Of a stretch of DNA of 64,000 nt, positions 9,687-18,293 are shown piece after piece. The stretch covers positions 2,272,001-2,336,000 of the forward strand of contig CBDCSU010000006.1 in assembly GCA_965221775.1 (NCBI GenBank), written 5' to 3'. The notes beneath the pieces are model-generated. The model saw only the letters and a list, made by a program, of their open reading frames with translations. It ran no database searches and had not been told where the DNA came from. Positions within the stretch are counted from its first letter, which is position 1. The number at the start of each line of letters is the position of its first letter. This DNA comes from Candidatus Latescibacterota bacterium (GTDB lineage Bacteria; Latescibacterota; UBA2968; UBA8231). Both the position numbers and the translations under genes were made by a program.

Positions 9687-9979
9687 CGGTCTCCTTCCTC
9701 TCGCGATGCATGCGAACGTCGCCGCGGTCTCGCCGTCGCGGGTGGTTCGCGAGTTCGGGCGGGACGACGCTGGCCTCCTGTTCCAGCAGCCGCGACCCCG
9801 CCGGGCGGGTGGATGCCGGCAGGCGGTGAGTGGGCCCGGTCCTGCGGACACCGCCCCCGAATCGGGAACCCCCGTCCGTCGACGGAGGCTCCGGCGCCGG
9901 CCCGCGTGCCGTACCGATCGCGGGTCCCGCGCTGCCTCGGAGTCCGGGGGGAGCGACCCCGGCGGACTCCGGGTGCAAC

Positions 9980-10025
9980 AAAAAAACCGGCTGCAGGTGT
10001 TCCCCTTGCGGGAGCCTGCAGCCGG
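9980..10025 (-). terminator. Intrinsic terminator / attenuator
   Basis: Perfect 11-bp stem ccggctgcagg (9987-9997) / cctgcagccgg (10015-10025) followed on the minus strand by U7. Confidence 0.85.
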
Positions 10026-10083
10026 CTGGCAGAAGCCGTTGGGATCCGATCCCCACGGCTGTCGTCGCTGTCGCTTCAGCGAT

Positions 10084-10338
10084 TCAACCTCCGGGATCTC
10101 CTCCCGCTGCAGGCCCCGTGCGGGGCTTGATGACCGCCCCGCCCATGGTGGAACCGGGGAGGGTCATCGGGGTGATCTCGTTCTCGTGGAGCCGGTGGAA
10201 CCCCATCCCCCCTTCGCCCGGGCCCGATACGCCCCGGCAGCCGCCGGAGGCGGAGGGGGCGGTCGTTCCGGCGAACGCCGCCTGCGGACCCGTAAACCCG
10301 AACGGGTGCAAGGGGGATTGTGGGATTCGGCTGATCAT
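10084..10338 (-). CDS. Putative Gly/Pro-rich leader or small protein (84 aa)
   Basis: ATG 10338 lies ~50 nt after the predicted TSS; aaggag upstream with long spacing; about four-fifths of codons end in G/C by hand count; stop abuts the hairpin series. Confidence 0.4.
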   Translation of the reverse strand: MISRIPQSPLHPFGFTGPQAAFAGTTAPSASGGCRGVSGPGEGGMGFHRLHENEITPMTLPGSTMGGAVIKPRTGPAAGGDPGG

Positions 10339-10394
10339 CCGGCTCTCGAAAGCTCCTTGAAGTCCATCTGATGAGGTCCTGTGCAACGCGAACG

Positions 10395-10424
10395 AACCTA
10401 TCCGGGGTTCCGGCACAATGTCAA
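10395..10424 (-). promoter_or_regulatory. sigma70-type promoter
   Basis: TTGACA (10424-10419), 18-nt spacer, TAGGTT (10400-10395). Confidence 0.7.
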
Positions 10425-10516
10425 GGGAAAAAGCGTCCCCCGCCCGGGTGGCGCGGTCCGTCGGGATCCAGCGGCGCAAAGTCCCCCCGGTCCGCCTCTC
10501 CCGCTTCGGGCCGCTT

Positions 10517-11878
10517 TCAACCGATGGCGGTCCTGAAGGCCTCGCCCCGGGCCGCATAGTCGGAGAACATGCCGAAGCTGGCGCAGCCCGGCGACAGCAG
10601 CACGACGCCGCCGGCCGGGGCCAGTTCGGCGGCCCGGCGGACCGCCGCCTCCATGGACGGGCAGTCGGCGGCCGCCGGCCCGCGGAATCCGGCCGCCGCG
10701 GCGGCCGAGGCGATGGCCGGACCCTCCTCTCCCAGGGTCACCAGCGCCGCCGCCGACCGGGCGATGGCGGCTCCCAGACCTGCGAAGGATCCGCCCTTGG
10801 AGGCTCCCCCGGCGATGAGCACCACCGGTCGGCCGGCATACGCCGCCAGGCCCGCCGCCGCCGCCTCCGGAGTCGTGGCCAGGGAGTCGTTGACGAACAG
10901 CACGCCGCCCCGCTCCGCCACCTCCTCGAGGCGGTGCGGGAGGGACTCGACGGCGCTCAGACCCTGGCCGACGGCCGCCGCGGAAGCGCCGCACAGGCGC
11001 GCCGCCCCGGCGGCGGCGCAGGCGTTGGCGAGGTTGTGGGTCCCCCGCAGACGGAGATCGCTCACCGCGGCCAGGCTCTCGACCCGGCCGTCCTCCCGCC
11101 AGCGGATCTCGCCCGCCTCGCTCCAGCAGCCATCGCCCTCCAGGGGCGGCGCGGCGCGGAACCCGAGGCTCCGCCCAGGGCTCCGGGCGGCGAGCTCGCC
11201 GGCGGTGGCGTCGCCGGCGCTGGAGACGACCCAGTCGCCGCGGCCCTGGCAGCGGCAGATCGCCGCCTTGGCCTCGACGTACTCCGCCCGGCTGGCGTGG
11301 TAGTCGAGATGGTCGAGGGTCACGGGCAGGATCACGGCCCCGTGGGGGCTTCGATCCAGATCCTGTAGCTGGAAGCTGGAGAGCTCCAGCACGACCACGT
11401 CCGCGGCGGACAGGTCGTCGAGGAAGCCGACGGGCGGTATTCCGATGTTGCCGCCCAGGTGCGGGGACAGACCGGGCTCGCGCCGCAGGATCGAGTCCAG
11501 GAGGGAAGCGGTCGTGCCCTTGCCCTTGGTCCCGGTGATGCCGATCACCGGCGCCGGGCAGCGTTCGAGGAAGAGCGCCGTCTGGCTGCTGACCTCCGTG
11601 CCGCGCCGGCGGGCCTGCTCCAGCTCCGGGCGCAGGGACGGGATGCCGGGGGAGCGGAAGATCAGGTCGAAGTCGTGGAGGCGGTCGAAGCACCCCGGGC
11701 CGAGGCGCCACTCCAGGACCGCCTCCTTCCAGGGGGCCCCATCGAGGCGGCGGGCCGGGTCGGCGTCGCAGACGGCAAAGCCGAGTCCACGGGAGGCCAG
11801 CCAGCGGCCCAGGGCCTGGTTCTCGACGCCGAGACCGAGGAGGGCCAGGCGGCGGTCCTGAAGAGCGTCGAGCTCCAA
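10517..11878 (-). CDS. murD: UDP-N-acetylmuramoyl-L-alanine--D-glutamate ligase
   Basis: FRSPGI, GITGTKGKGTT, GGNIG, LELSSFQL, DHLDYH, HNLANA, PHRLE, NDSLATTP, LLSPGCASFGMF. Confidence 0.9.
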   Translation of the reverse strand: MELDALQDRRLALLGLGVENQALGRWLASRGLGFAVCDADPARRLDGAPWKEAVLEWRLGPGCFDRLHDFDLIFRSPGIPSLRPELEQARRRGTEVSSQTALFLERCPAPVIGITGTKGKGTTASLLDSILRREPGLSPHLGGNIGIPPVGFLDDLSAADVVVLELSSFQLQDLDRSPHGAVILPVTLDHLDYHASRAEYVEAKAAICRCQGRGDWVVSSAGDATAGELAARSPGRSLGFRAAPPLEGDGCWSEAGEIRWREDGRVESLAAVSDLRLRGTHNLANACAAAGAARLCGASAAAVGQGLSAVESLPHRLEEVAERGGVLFVNDSLATTPEAAAAGLAAYAGRPVVLIAGGASKGGSFAGLGAAIARSAAALVTLGEEGPAIASAAAAAGFRGPAAADCPSMEAAVRRAAELAPAGGVVLLSPGCASFGMFSDYAARGEAFRTAIG

Positions 11879-11888
11879 AGGGCGGCCT

Positions 11889-12959
11889 TCAGAGGGCGGC
11901 GACGTATTCGAAGAGGGTCCGCTCCAGATTGTCGAAGACCGACCAGCGCACGACCTCGTAACCGTGGGAGTTCTCCCGCGGATAGCCGATGGTGGCGCAG
12001 CGGGGGGCGCCGCCGGCCTCGAGCACGCCGGTGGCGTCCGATGCGGCGGCCGAGTAGACGGCGTACTGAAGGCCGGTCCCGGCGCGGACGGCGGCGGCGT
12101 CCAGCTCGGCGATCAGGCCCTGGTGGAAGTGGACCCTGCTGTCGCGGGACCAGGCGGCGGGTCGGCCGTCGAGCTCGAGGGCGGTGCCCCGCGGCATGGG
12201 GGTGGAGTCGACGGCGATGAAGGTCTCCACCTCGTTGCGGCGCACCCAGCCCCTGGCGCCCAGGAGTCCCGTCTCCTCCTGAACGAGGAAGCAGAGATGC
12301 AGGCTCCGCCTCGGTGTGAGGCCGGCCTGGCGCAACCGCTGGCACAGCTTGAGCAGCGTCAGGCTGCCGCCCCGGTTGTCGAAGATCCAGGCCGAGACGA
12401 GGGGATCCTCCTCGGGGCCGAAGACGTTCGGACCGCGCACTCCGGCCGCCGGCACGGCACAGGTGCCCACCCTGACCCCCAGGTCGGCCAGCTGCCCGGG
12501 GGAGCGCCCGGTGATCAGGCGGGTGTGCGCCCAGGTGATTCCCTGGCGGCCCTGGGCGAACCCGGTCATCGGATCTTCGGGATCGCTGGTGTGGGTGGAG
12601 CCGAAGCTCAGGTGAGCGGGCACGTCCCCGCCGTCGGCGACGAGCACCACCGGCCCCTCGCCGAGCTTGAAGGGGTGGAGCCCGCCGGAGCGCTGCACGC
12701 GAAGGGTGCCGTCGGCCTCCACCGCGGTGACCACCATGCCGATCTCGTCGGTGTGACTGGCGATGGCCACCCCGGGCCCCGGCTCGCGGCCGGCGATCCG
12801 GACCCAGAGGTTGCCCTGGCCGTCCTGGCGGGGCTCGGCGCCGAGGGCGCTCAGCTCGCCGGCCAGGAAGGCGGCCATGCGCTCCTCGCGGCCGGAGGGG
12901 CAGGGGACCTGCAGCATCCGGGTGAGGAGGTCGAGGGAGTCGAGAGGTCCGGGTGACAT
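11889..12959 (-). CDS. M42/M20 family metallopeptidase
   Basis: From ATG 12959; PSGRE, SHTDEIG, FDNRGG, QEETG, AVD and ENSHGYE supply the metal ligands. Confidence 0.85.
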   Translation of the reverse strand: MSPGPLDSLDLLTRMLQVPCPSGREERMAAFLAGELSALGAEPRQDGQGNLWVRIAGREPGPGVAIASHTDEIGMVVTAVEADGTLRVQRSGGLHPFKLGEGPVVLVADGGDVPAHLSFGSTHTSDPEDPMTGFAQGRQGITWAHTRLITGRSPGQLADLGVRVGTCAVPAAGVRGPNVFGPEEDPLVSAWIFDNRGGSLTLLKLCQRLRQAGLTPRRSLHLCFLVQEETGLLGARGWVRRNEVETFIAVDSTPMPRGTALELDGRPAAWSRDSRVHFHQGLIAELDAAAVRAGTGLQYAVYSAAASDATGVLEAGGAPRCATIGYPRENSHGYEVVRWSVFDNLERTLFEYVAAL

Positions 12960-12995
12960 GGGGCGGAAGGTAGGGCGGGGCGAGTCCCCCGGCCA

Positions 12996-13024
12996 TTGAC
13001 GCTTCCGGCCGGGGGCCGCAATCT
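12996..13024 (+). promoter_or_regulatory. Putative sigma70 promoter of modABC
   Basis: TTGACG, 17-nt spacer, CAATCT. Confidence 0.45.
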
Positions 13025-13059
13025 CTGCCGGGCCCCGTGGACCCTTGCCTGGAGGCCCC

Positions 13060-13875
13060 GTGACCATCCGCCGCCGGTCGGCGCAGGCCCTGTGCCTGGC
13101 CGCCGTCCTCCTCCACCTGGCCGCCGCCGGTACCGGGGCGCGGGAGTCCGCCCCCGGGGGCCCGGCGGTGGGTCTCTTCGCCGCCGCCAGCCTGACCAGC
13201 GCGCTCACCGAGATCCTGCCGCGCCGGAGCTTCCCGCGGGTGCGGCTCTCCTTTGCCGGCTCCTCGTCCCTGGCGCGGCAGATCGATGCCGGCGCCCCCG
13301 CCGATCTCTACGTGTCGGCCAATCCGCGGTGGATGGACTACCTGGAGGAGAGGGGGCGCATCGACGCCGGGACGCGCTTCGACCTGCTCGCCAACCGCCT
13401 GGTGGTGGTCACGCCGGCGGGCAGCGGACTGGAGGTCGAGCCGCGGCCGGGGTTCGACCTGGCGGGCGCCTTCCGCGGGCGTCTGGCCCTGGGCGACCCC
13501 GACCACGTCCCGGCCGGGATCTACGCCCGCCAGGCGCTGCGGGCCCTGGGCTGGTGGCCGGCGCTGGAGCACCGTCTCGCCCCGGCCCCCGACGTGCGCG
13601 CCGCCCTGCTCTACGTCGAGCGCGGCGAGTGCGAGGCCGGCGTCGTGTACGCCACCGATGCCGCCGTCAGCCGGCGGGTGCGGGTGGCGGCGGAACTGGC
13701 GGACAGTCTGCACGCGCCGATCCGCTATCCCGCGGCGGTGGTCGCCGGCCGCGACTCCCCGGCCGTGCGGGAGCTTCTCAGGCGGCTGCGGTCGACCGGG
13801 GCGGCGGAGGTCTTCCGCCGGCACGGTTTCACCGTCCTCGCCGGCCCGGCGGGCCCTCCGCCTCCGGCGGAGTAG
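13060..13875 (+). CDS. modA: Molybdate ABC transporter substrate-binding protein
   Basis: GTG after ggagg; FAAASLT, FAGSSSLARQI..GAPADLYVSAN, DHVPAGIYA, VYATDA. Confidence 0.95.
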   Translation: MTIRRRSAQALCLAAVLLHLAAAGTGARESAPGGPAVGLFAAASLTSALTEILPRRSFPRVRLSFAGSSSLARQIDAGAPADLYVSANPRWMDYLEERGRIDAGTRFDLLANRLVVVTPAGSGLEVEPRPGFDLAGAFRGRLALGDPDHVPAGIYARQALRALGWWPALEHRLAPAPDVRAALLYVERGECEAGVVYATDAAVSRRVRVAAELADSLHAPIRYPAAVVAGRDSPAVRELLRRLRSTGAAEVFRRHGFTVLAGPAGPPPPAE

Positions 13876-13879
13876 CCCT

Positions 13880-14554
13880 TTGCTCACCCCCCTGGAGTGG
13901 GAGGTGCTGGGGCTGTCGCTGCGCGTGGCCCTGGCCTGCGTCCTCGTCAGCCTGCCCGCGGCGGTCGCCATGGGATGGCTGCTGGCGCGGCGCGACTTCC
14001 CCGGCAAGTTCGTCCTCGACGGACTGTGCCACCTGCCCCTGGTGCTGCCGCCCGTGGTCACCGGCTACCTGCTGCTGCGGCTGTTCGGCAAGCGGGGGCT
14101 CCTGGGGCCGCTGCTGGACGGCATCGGACTGTCCCTGGCCTTCGACTGGAAGGGGGCGGCCCTGGCCTCGGCGGTGGTCGCCTTTCCCCTGTCCCTGAGG
14201 GCGGTGCGGCTGGCCATCGAGGACGTGGACCCGCGCCTGGAGGCGATGGCGCGCACCCTCGGGGCGGGGCGGGTGCGGGCCTTCCTCACCGTCACCCTGC
14301 CGCTGGCCGCCTCCGGGCTCTGGGTGGGCGCCCTCCTCGCCTTCGCCCGCAGCCTCGGCGAGTTCGGGGCCACCATCACCTTCGTGGCCAACATCCCCGG
14401 CCAGACGCGCACGATCCCGCTGGCCATCTACACCAGCCTCAACCAGCCCGGCGGCGAGGACGCCGCCCTGCGCCTGGTGTGGATCTCGGTGGTCGTGTCG
14501 CTGGCGGCGCTGCTGGGCAGCGAGTGGGCGGCGCGCCGCAGGAAGCGCGGGTGA
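13880..14554 (+). CDS. modB: Molybdate ABC transporter permease
   Basis: HLPLVLPPVVTGY, FARSLGEFGAT, NIPGQTRTIPLAIY. Confidence 0.95.
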   Translation: MLTPLEWEVLGLSLRVALACVLVSLPAAVAMGWLLARRDFPGKFVLDGLCHLPLVLPPVVTGYLLLRLFGKRGLLGPLLDGIGLSLAFDWKGAALASAVVAFPLSLRAVRLAIEDVDPRLEAMARTLGAGRVRAFLTVTLPLAASGLWVGALLAFARSLGEFGATITFVANIPGQTRTIPLAIYTSLNQPGGEDAALRLVWISVVVSLAALLGSEWAARRRKRG

Positions 14555-14558
14555 GGCC

Positions 14559-15638
14559 GTGCTGACCCTGCGTCTGCGCCGCCGCCTGGCGGACTTCGAG
14601 TTCGACGTCGACGTCCGCTGCGGGGCTGCCGCCACCGCCGTCTTCGGGCCCTCCGGAAGCGGCAAGACCTCGCTCCTCAACATGGTCGCCGGTCTGCTGC
14701 GGCCGGAGGCCGGCCGCGTCGAGCTGGACGGCGAGGTCCTCTACGATGCCGAGACCGGCATCGACCTGCCCCCGGAGGCGCGGCGGCTGGGCTGCGTCTT
14801 CCAGCAGGACCTGCTCTTCCCGCACCTGAGCGTGGGGGACAACCTGCGCTTCGGCTACGACCTGCTGCCGGCGGCGCAGCGGCGCTTCGAGCCCGGGAGG
14901 ATCGCCGAGCTGCTCGAGATCGGGCCGCTCCTCGACCGGCGGCCGCGGAACCTGTCGGGCGGCGAGCGCCAGCGCGTCGCCCTGGGGCGGGCGCTGCTGG
15001 CCTCGCCCCGGCTGCTGCTGATGGACGAGCCCCTGGCCTCGCTGGACCAGGGACTCAAGAGCCGCATCATCCCCTACCTGCGGCACGTGCGCTCCGACCT
15101 CGGCATCCCCGTCCTCTACGTCAGCCACTCGGCGGCCGAGATCCTGGAGCTGACGAACCAGGTGATCGTCCTCGAACGGGGGCGCGTCGCCGCCCACGGC
15201 GACTTCTTCCGCATCGCCTCCGACCCGAGGGTGCTGCCTCTTGTCGACGAGTTCGGGTTCGAGAACGTGCTGCCCGTGGAGATCGTGGCCAGCGATGCGG
15301 ACAGCGGCGCCTGCCGGGCGCGGTGCGCCGACCAGGAGCTGCGCATCCCCTGGTGCGACCGGCCGGTGGGCACGCGGCTCTTCGTCGGACTGCGGGCCGA
15401 CGACGTCATCCTCACGCGGTCGCCGCCCGAGGGGCTGAGCGTGCGCAACGCCCTGTCCGGGAAGGTCACGGAGATCGCCGAGGTCGGCGCCGTGCGGCTG
15501 GTCCACGTCGACGTGGGCCGGCGCCTGGCGGTGAAGGTCACCCCCGAGGCCGTGGGAGAGCTGGGCCTGGCGCCCGGGCTGCGCGTGTTCTGCCTCATCA
15601 AGACCCACTCCCTGAGGCTGGGTCCCGAGCTGGATTGA
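14559..15638 (+). CDS. modC: Molybdate ABC transporter ATP-binding protein
   Basis: GPSGSGKTS, LFPHLSV, LSGGERQRVALGRAL, C-terminal TOBE region (SVRNAL). Confidence 0.95.
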   Translation: MLTLRLRRRLADFEFDVDVRCGAAATAVFGPSGSGKTSLLNMVAGLLRPEAGRVELDGEVLYDAETGIDLPPEARRLGCVFQQDLLFPHLSVGDNLRFGYDLLPAAQRRFEPGRIAELLEIGPLLDRRPRNLSGGERQRVALGRALLASPRLLLMDEPLASLDQGLKSRIIPYLRHVRSDLGIPVLYVSHSAAEILELTNQVIVLERGRVAAHGDFFRIASDPRVLPLVDEFGFENVLPVEIVASDADSGACRARCADQELRIPWCDRPVGTRLFVGLRADDVILTRSPPEGLSVRNALSGKVTEIAEVGAVRLVHVDVGRRLAVKVTPEAVGELGLAPGLRVFCLIKTHSLRLGPELD

Positions 15639-15654
15639 GGCCTGCCTGGAGTGA

Positions 15655-15683
15655 TTGCTCCCACCGGCGGAAACGGTTAGTGT
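15655..15683 (+). promoter_or_regulatory. Putative sigma70 promoter, possibly leaderless transcript
   Basis: TTGCTC, 17-nt spacer, TAGTGT, 8 nt before ATG 15692, which lacks an SD. Confidence 0.45.
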
Positions 15684-15691
15684 AGCCCGCC

Positions 15692-16060
15692 ATGGCCCTG
15701 ACCATTCTGCGCACCGTGCGCCCGAGCCCCACCTGGCAGGACACCCTCATCTCCGTGCGCCAGGGGCAGCGCGTCGTCTTCGACGTGGAGGAGACCTGGT
15801 CGCCCGACATGCGCGACCAGATCGTCTGGTGCGGCGCCGACGGCGTCTACAACCACACCGCCGGCGAGGGCTACCTGATGCCCGGGGCCAACGTGGGCGC
15901 CCTGATCGCCCGCATCGGCGACGGCCCGGTCTTCGCCGTGGGCAGCCGCTGCGACACCCTGGCCGACTGCGAGGGCACCCTGTTCCTCGCCATGAACGAC
16001 CACCCCGGCCACAACTGCCAGGCCGGCAAGGTGGCCGCTCAGGTCATCCTCTTCGATTAG
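15692..16060 (+). CDS. Small LecA/PA-IL-like beta-sandwich protein
   Basis: WQDT.I.V..GQ.V, GADG, PGANVGALIARIGDGPVFAVG, GTLFLAMND pattern; no signal peptide. Confidence 0.6.
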   Translation: MALTILRTVRPSPTWQDTLISVRQGQRVVFDVEETWSPDMRDQIVWCGADGVYNHTAGEGYLMPGANVGALIARIGDGPVFAVGSRCDTLADCEGTLFLAMNDHPGHNCQAGKVAAQVILFD

Positions 16061-17094
16061 TGGCGGCCGGCGCGCCGCTCACCGACGCGCAGTGGACGGC
16101 GGCGGTCCACGACCGTCTGCGAGAGGTCGCGCCCGGACTGGTCCCCGGCCGTCCGGCCGTGGCCGCCATCCACCGGATCGCCGAAGACGTCTGGCGCCTG
16201 GACCTGTCGGACGGCGGGCGGGTGGTGGCCAAGCACCAGCTCCAGGGGCTGCTGACCCGCGGTGAGCCCCACGACCTGGTGCGTCTCGAGGTCGATGTCC
16301 TGCGCCACCTGCGTGGCCGAGGCTGCCCGGTGCCCGCCGCCTTCGGCGCCGACCCCGAGGCCCAGATCATCCTCCTCGAGTACGCCGGCCCCCGCACCCT
16401 CGCCGAGGTGCTGCCCGCGGAGGGGGATCCGGCCGACCGGCGCCGGTGGCTGAGGCGGATCTGGCGCGGCATCGGGTGCATCGAGAGCGGCCTGTCGGGC
16501 CGCGAGTGGGAGGGCCGCGCCGCCCCCGGGGCTTCTCGTGAGGAACTGGAGTGCTCCTGGGCGCGGGCGGGGGAGGAGGCCGTCACCGTCCTGCGCGACT
16601 TGCTGGCGCCCGGCGGCGGTTCGCCGTCGCCGGCGGAAGGAATCCTGCGGCGGCTGCACCGGCGCCTGGCGCGGTTTCCGGCCCGCCTCGGGCCGACCGA
16701 CTACCAGCCGGGCAACATCGTCGTCGACGCCGGCGGAGGGCGCCTGACCTTCCTCGAGTTGTCCAAGATCGGCTGGGACTGGACCCCTCGAAGAGCCGTT
16801 CAGTATACTTCGATCGCCGACGCCGAAGGGCCGGCGGAGACGTGCCTGCTCGACGCCGACAGCCTCGCGGGCAGCGGCCTCGACGAGGGGTCGCGGTCCT
16901 GCCTCGACGGGCACCACCTGATCTACCACCTGCTGCTGGCCGGGCGCTGGCGCCGGGACGGCGCCGCCCTTCCCCCTCCCTTGGCGCGCAAGCTGATCGA
17001 GCCCCTCAGCGCGGACCCTCTCACCGCCGAGTTGCGCCGCCGGCTCGGCGCCAACCACATCCTCTCCTTCCAGGATCGACCCCGTGAGCGATAG
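16060..17094 (+). CDS. Aminoglycoside-phosphotransferase/kinase-like protein (atypical)
   Basis: GTG overlaps the upstream TAG; VVAK, E..VL..L...GCPVP, IILLEYAG, TDYQPGNIVV, FLELSKIG. Confidence 0.65.
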   Translation: MAAGAPLTDAQWTAAVHDRLREVAPGLVPGRPAVAAIHRIAEDVWRLDLSDGGRVVAKHQLQGLLTRGEPHDLVRLEVDVLRHLRGRGCPVPAAFGADPEAQIILLEYAGPRTLAEVLPAEGDPADRRRWLRRIWRGIGCIESGLSGREWEGRAAPGASREELECSWARAGEEAVTVLRDLLAPGGGSPSPAEGILRRLHRRLARFPARLGPTDYQPGNIVVDAGGGRLTFLELSKIGWDWTPRRAVQYTSIADAEGPAETCLLDADSLAGSGLDEGSRSCLDGHHLIYHLLLAGRWRRDGAALPPPLARKLIEPLSADPLTAELRRRLGANHILSFQDRPRER

Positions 17095-17356
17095 CCAATC
17101 CTTCGACTTCAAACCCCGGGCGCGGGGGCTGGTCATCGGCGACATCCCGTGGCTGGCGCGCATCACCGACAAGGCGCGGGCCACCGACCAGGGCCGCATC
17201 GGCGCCTACATCTACCCCTGCCCGGCGGACCAGCGTTTCCTGCAGAAGGTGCAGATGTCGGCCGAGGAGTTCACCCGGCTGGTGGCCGAGTGCGAGGACG
17301 ACGACGGCGTCATCGCCAGGATGAAGGCCCACCAGAAAGAGAAGGGACTGGATTGA
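17084..17356 (+). CDS. DUF5069-like small protein
   Basis: WLARITDKARA...GRIGAYIYPCPADQRFL pattern. Confidence 0.65.
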   Translation: MSDSQSFDFKPRARGLVIGDIPWLARITDKARATDQGRIGAYIYPCPADQRFLQKVQMSAEEFTRLVAECEDDDGVIARMKAHQKEKGLD

Positions 17357-18231
17357 GCGGCTCGGCCCCGCGCAGGCCGCGCCGCAAGGTGCGGGAGATG
17401 GAGGCCGTCGTCGCCGAGGTCCGGCAGGAGACCCACGACACGGCGAGCCTGTTCCTCGACATCGGCGACGAGCCGCGCGACTACGAGGCCGGGCAGTTCA
17501 TCACCATCGACCCCCACCAGTTCGGGTTCCTCCAGCAGACGATCGCCTACCTGGAGGAGATCAAGAGCGCCAGGGAGAAGCCGAGGGCCTACTCCATGGG
17601 CTCGGCCCCCCACGAGGAGCACCTCCTGATCACGATCAAGGAGGAGACCTACTGGCCGGGGGAGTCGAAGTACCCTCCCGTGCTGTCCCCGCCGCTGGCC
17701 CGGCAATGTCCCCCGGGCACCAGGCTGGAGATCCGCGGCTTCACCGGGCCGTACACCCTCTCGGCGGCCGCCGAGGGCACCCGCCGGATCCTCCATATCT
17801 GCGCCGGCTCCGGGATCGTCCCCAACTTCGCCCTCATCAAGCACTCCCTGCACGCCGGCGACGGTCTGCGCCACGTCCTGCTCTACAGCAGCAAGACGAA
17901 GGGAGACATCATCTACTACGACGACTTCGCCCGTCTCGCCGAGCGGCATCCCGAGCACCTCGAGATCCTCCACTGCATCACCCGGGAGGACCCGGCGGGC
18001 GTGGAGCCGCGGGCGCGGCGGGGGCGGATCGACCTCGAGCTGATCGAGAGCTGCATCGATCCGGAGGAGTCGATGGTCTACTGCTGCGGGCCCGGGGTGC
18101 TGCCCTGGGAGCGGAAGGAGGCCCGCGAACGCGGCGAGGAGCCGGAGCCGAAGTTCGTCGAGCACATGATGGCCATCCTGGCCGAGGTCGGGATCGACGA
18201 CAAGCGGATCAAGCGCGAGAGCTGGGGATAG
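17353..18231 (+). CDS. Ferredoxin-NADP reductase family FAD/NAD(P)-binding oxidoreductase
   Basis: TTG 17353; YEAGQFITI, RAYSMGS, GFTGPY, ICAGSGIVP, YCCGP; no 2Fe-2S domain. Confidence 0.85.
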   Translation: MSGSAPRRPRRKVREMEAVVAEVRQETHDTASLFLDIGDEPRDYEAGQFITIDPHQFGFLQQTIAYLEEIKSAREKPRAYSMGSAPHEEHLLITIKEETYWPGESKYPPVLSPPLARQCPPGTRLEIRGFTGPYTLSAAAEGTRRILHICAGSGIVPNFALIKHSLHAGDGLRHVLLYSSKTKGDIIYYDDFARLAERHPEHLEILHCITREDPAGVEPRARRGRIDLELIESCIDPEESMVYCCGPGVLPWERKEARERGEEPEPKFVEHMMAILAEVGIDDKRIKRESWG

Positions 18232-18293
18232 GGACTGGCGCGCAGGTTCGCGTACGACGGGCGCGCCGAGCCGGGGTGCATCGGCGAACGAAT

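Noticed and set aside
10146-10205. tmRNA/tRNA 3'-end-like TGGTGGAACCGGGG (att-site remnant)
   Set aside because: Lacks the T-loop GTTCGA and a 5' acceptor strand; no integrase nearby.
9980-10390. RNase P RNA or tmRNA, suggested by the ~400-nt size
   Set aside because: No GAGGAAAGUCC P4 signature and no tRNA-like domain.
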